Origin: Amoebophrya sp. A120
Lineage: Eukaryota > Protista > Dinoflagellata
DNA: 64,000 nt
Direction: 5' to 3'
NCBI GenBank assembly: GCA_905178155.1
Contig: CAJINV010000001.1
Coordinates: 9,693,865 to 9,757,864 of the forward strand
Part shown: piece after piece, positions 59,547 to 64,000 of the stretch
How the letters are laid out: every line of letters starts with the position of its first letter
Numbering within the stretch: the stretch's first letter is position 1
Made by a program: the position numbers and the translations under genes
Notes under the pieces: model-generated
What the model was told of the DNA's origin: nothing
Databases searched by the model: none
What the model saw: only the letters and a program-made list of their open reading frames with translations

Positions 59547-59939
59547 AGCGAAGACGAGGATTATGAATTCAGCAGCAAGTTGTAGGACCTATGAATTCTC
59601 TTTCACAAACGGTAGTGGTGTTCTCGGAACGCTAAATTTGAATGAGAAAGGAAAGTAAACTGTGCCGATGGTGAGAAAAAAGTTCGACTAAAAAATTACT
59701 ACAAGACGTGCGCTTCGTGGGGAATCAAGTTTCTAAAGAAGTGCAGTTTTGAATGTTTGAGAACTGTTTTTTGTTTTTGAGGTGACTCACCCGTTTTGAT
59801 GCGTGTTTTTGCAAGCAAAAATACCTCAAGAATCTACCCGTCTAAAATTGCTCTCTCTCGGTCAGCCCAGACCAAAAAAAAAATCCTGACTCGGAAATGT
59901 TCATTTGAACAGCATATGCGTTTTTGTTTGTATTTCGCT

Positions 59940-60034
59940 CGCCTACAAGGCCCCCCCCCGCGTCTGAAATTCCAAAAACGACGCGGGGGGGAAAGCAACA
60001 AATGGCCATGTCACCGATCTGATAACGCCTACAA
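59940..60034. repeat. 12-bp GC stem-loop flanked by 9-bp direct repeats
   Basis: CCCCCCCGCGTC (59953-59964) pairs with GACGCGGGGGGG (59980-59991). CGCCTACAA at 59940-59948 and 60026-60034. Confidence 0.7.
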
Positions 60035-60730
60035 TGGAAGCTGCCTTACGAAACGATGGGGATGGGAACACAGCAACGCTTTTCCTTGCAGCCAGTCTTT
60101 GCAGCAGGCGTTCTCTTTTTGAAAATCAAGTAAACGAAGACGAACGTTCGTAATGCGCGAGTTGTCGTTGAAAAATCAGCAGAGGAAAGGGGACTTCCTC
60201 GAATTGCGTTGCGTTTACGAAGTGCGTTGCGCGGGAAAAAATGTTGAACTAGACTGATTATGCGTTCGAGAGCAGGCTCGTCCGCACCATCAAATTTTGC
60301 GTAGTATAAATTGTCTAAAATTTTGCGTACTTGTATTAGTTTACGGCTCTACTGAATAAAAAGTTGAAAGATATTAAGCTAGAAAAAATCTCGTGAAGCC
60401 CAGTATTCCACTCATGAAGCGAGTTCTATGTGCTTCCCTTCGAAGGGCGACTTGGCGCAGGACGGTGCACAGAGACACGACCGTTCGCATGCTTCACAGC
60501 AACACCAAATTGTGAGCCCAACTGCAGCCTACTTCCGTGCTTCTTTGACTCACGAGTCAACGAATCCAACACTAGGTGTGCTGATGCCTGTTGTGCAGGT
60601 TTTTGTGGGTTTCACATGATTCGCGCAGTCCTTCAATCCATCAAAGCATGAAGAGTCCCATCTTCTACGAACTAGTTCTACTTGAAGCGATATAAAAATA
60701 TGAAAATCAGTGTGGAAGAAAGAAATTTCG

Positions 60731-63700
60731 CTATACCGATGCCGCTTGTTTCTCGAACTTGCCGCGTTCCATGTGGGCCATGCGTTCCAGGACGAGATCC
60801 TTCTGGAGAACTAGTAGCCGCTCTTGTATTTTGGCCACTGCGGGATCGTCGTCGTCGAGGCCGTCCGTCACCTTTGACAATTTCCCGGCCACGTCTGCGT
60901 AAACGGCGGTTGCCTCCTGTCTTCTTCGGTAGATCGCGTCCTTCTCTTTCGTTTCGCCCTCCGCGCGCACGGCAGCTGCCCGGCTAGAGCCGCTCCCCAC
61001 CGAACGCGCTCGCTGCTGCGTGCGTATTTTGTTGATGCGACCCACCCGGGACAAGTAGGCGTTTAAGAAGTCGAGATGCTCTGCTGCGTCGTCGATATTG
61101 TTTGCTCCGCCGTTCGATATGGAACCTGTCGAGTGAAGAAGATCATAATAAAATGATGTTTTGTAACCGCTTAGCCCTTATCCGTTTGCTTCTATGCGCA
61201 GCAGCACAAAGCGGCATGCACACGAAAACAGTACTAGACCGAACTACACGACTAACTATGTACACCTATCAGAAACTTACCTTTGCTTGACGACTCCTGT
61301 CCGCTGCGTGATGGCTGTCGCGCCGCGTCCTCTTTACTGGCGGAAGAGAACCGCTGTTCCATGAGCTCCACCTTGCGAATAGCTTGTTCCCGTGCCGTCG
61401 AAGCGCCTAGCGCAGCTGCGGTTGTCGTTCCGCTAATTGTGTCCTGCTGCCCGTTTTGTTTGTTATCCGCGTCGGCGTTGTTCTCGTTCCTCGTTCTGCC
61501 GTCGCTACTGGAGCTGCTAGACATGGAGCTTTCCGTTGTGAAGTCGGTTCCCCGGCCGACTTTGTCCGCGGCGTCCCGAAGGATCTGTGACACGGTCGGA
61601 ATTCCCTGCTCGTTGTTCCGACCGGACTTCAATTTCTGTGATGAAACAGCACTTCCTCCGCCATATATTGTCTCCCCATTCTGTTGTCCTCTTCTCGACC
61701 GGGAGTCCGACCTGGAGCTCCGGACCGAGGCGATCCTGCGCTGCAGGTCTTCGGTGAGTTTCTCCAAGCTGGCGCCCAGAGCGCCACTCTCCACGAGCAG
61801 ATCGCGCTTCAAGTCGCCCGCGGAGGCCGACAGATCGGTTTTCAAGCCGTCAGCATGGTCATCCAAGTCTTGCTTCAGCAACTCCTCGTGCTGCAGCATC
61901 GAGAGCACTCCGTCCTCGATGGCCTGTTTGACCGCGGGACTGGTCGCCGAACCAGTCCGCCCGGATGCCGCGGCCGCCTCAATCGCCGCAAGCGTCGACC
62001 GCCCCCGATTTTGTAGGCTGAGCAGTGGGGCGTGGGTTTGGTTTCTGTCCTCCTCGTCCTCGAGTTCCTCCCGGTTTCTTCTGGCCTGCTCCTCCTGCAA
62101 GTAGTAGGTCGCCGCGCGCACCGCGTTTGTCGTGGTTGCTTGTTGTGCCTGGCCAGAAGATTTCAGTTGCGATTTACGAGGAGTAGTAAACCTCTGCTGC
62201 TCCTGGATCCGGACAGTTCGCTCGCGTTGCTGTTGCATCTGCTCGGCCACGCGCAGTGTGCTGTTTCCTCTGGGATCGGGCCAGTCCCACTCGTTTGCTT
62301 CCCGGAAGGTGCTATTTCCGCGGGGATCGGGCCAGCTCCAGTTGGCTCGGAATGACTCTCCCGCGTCGCGGAGGGTGGAGTTGCCTCTGGGGTCGGGCCA
62401 GCTCCACAGGGAAGATGAAGTGTTGCGCCCACTATCGCGGCCCATGGCAGCCAGCAGCGTACTTTGGCCTCGTGGGTCCGGCCAGCTCCAATTTCCGGAG
62501 GAAGGGGCCCGCTGGAGGGAACGGCTTCGCGAAGGATTTCGTGGCAGGTAGACTGGCGCCGCCCAGAGCGGCACGCCGACCGTGTTCGCTTTGGCGATGT
62601 CGCCGCGCTCCCCGACCAGCTGTTGCAACCGCTTGGCCAATTCGGCGTCCTCCTGGTCTGTGGGTTCTTGCTGTTGTTGTGCTAGTAGTGGACTACTTTC
62701 GCGATCCGCAGCAACTTTCTCCAGTAGCGCCTCCCTAGCCTCATTGCTGCGCGGTCCCGATATGTTTACCAAAGGCGCTCCTGCACTTGTCGTAGGGCTC
62801 GCCGGACTGGTGCCACTGCTGACGCCGCCCATAGTTGTGCTGGAGACGGTTGGGCCGTCGCTCGGAGAAGAAGTGGCTTGCTGCTTATGCTTGAGCGCTT
62901 CCTCCGCATGCATTTTGTGCAACCAGTGCTGCGCGGCCTCTTTCACTTTAAAGTAGATCTTTATGGGGACGTGGTCCGAACCGATTTGCTTGTGCATTTC
63001 GGTGATGTGGTCTCCGAGCTCTTGCAGCACGGTCCGCCTGTCCACGTAGGCGTCCTCGTGCTCCGCGTTAGCGCTGTCGCGGAAGTAGGACTGCTTCTTG
63101 TAAAAATCCAAATCTAACGGTGGCAACGTCGGATAGTCGTCTGGGTTGTACGGTTTTGCATTGACTTCCTTCGGATCTTCGGGCAATGGTGTGTACGCAG
63201 ATGATCGTCCCTTGGTTTCTTTACTTGACGCCGGAGAGGACGGGTCTCCGGGCTGCGGTCGCGGCGTGGTGCCTTCCCCGAGCCTCGGCGTGCCGTCCTC
63301 CACGACGAGTGATATTCTTCCGTGATCCGCATGATCGTAGTATTCCTTGTTGGCCTCGTGTCTTGCCTGAACGTAAGCCTCATAAGAGTCTTGTTCCTGG
63401 GGTTGCGCCTCGTCATGCTTCGCCAGCTCCAGGTTGATCATTTGCAACAGCGACGTGCCCACTGTTTGCTCGACCCCGTCACTCGCCCCCGCAACCGCGG
63501 GGGGAAGCAGCGTGTCGGGTGGAGTCCTCGGCTCCTCGTCCGTAATTTTCGTAGGATCGCTTTTCTGTGCGTTTGGTACCTTTGGCGTTTTTCTGTACCT
63601 AGCCTTGTCCTCCGCTTCATTTGCCTCTGCGTCGCCCGAAAAGCCGACCTTCGCGGGTGTTGCAAACGGTGTTTTTCGAAACTTCTCGTGGTCGACCTGC

Positions 63701-63852
63701 TCCTCGCTCTGGCTCACCGCGAACCCGACTTTCGCCCGCGCGGCGAAAGGCGTCTTCCGATACGCCTCACGATCCACATCAACTTCCCCAGCGGCCGCGA
63801 CGTCAAAACTTACCATGTTCTGCTGCGTCGGTGTGCTGGTATCCACTTTCAA
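60731..63852 (-). CDS. Low-complexity/coiled-coil protein with WxWPDPRG[NQ]ST and [YF]RKTP repeats; 5' end probably beyond or near the window edge
   Basis: 866-aa ORF plus last exon, joined by phase-1 GT-AG intron 61126-61280. Confidence 0.75.
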
Positions 63853-64000
63853 GGTTGAATTATTCTCCTCTCCGACACTGTGGTCTCCGACATCACTCAG
63901 CGGATTGCTATCAAGTGAAGACCCTGACGTCCTTTTGCTCGTCGCACCGTCGTCCGGACTAGATGCGCGACTGTCGCGTTCCGCGGGTACGGGCAGCGCG

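Noticed and set aside
10-63962. Plus-strand ORFs throughout the track
   Set aside because: They are antisense shadows of minus-strand genes or short intergenic ORFs with no motifs.

Overview
Eukaryotic, intron-containing DNA in which every credible gene lies on the minus strand. The one-directional gene array and short introns with terminal inverted repeats (TIRs) point to a dinoflagellate, most likely the parasite Amoebophrya (inference). Contents: (1) two tandem paralogues of a SNF2/RING helicase-like gene with DNMT5-type ATPase motifs but no methyltransferase. The downstream copy is split by a ~11.7 kb non-LTR retroelement and lacks its ATPase N-lobe. (2) That retroelement has one uninterrupted 3656-aa ORF: C2H2 fingers, APE endonuclease, a divergent RT with CVDD, and an RNase H-like tail. 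(3) A MAP3K-like kinase fused to ~6 TM helices and an apparently dead phosphodiesterase domain. (4) An FkbM-like methyltransferase, a LanC-like protein, a very large repeat-rich type I membrane protein, a WD40 protein, an MDR/PTGR-like oxidoreductase with a SnoaL-like tail, and a WPDPRG-repeat protein. (5) Three ~250-bp introner elements with TIRs and 5-bp target-site duplications (TSDs) but no GT-AG ends; two are homologous yet oppositely oriented relative to transcription. (6) Two unexplained GC-rich intergenic blocks. All alignments and domain calls were made by eye.
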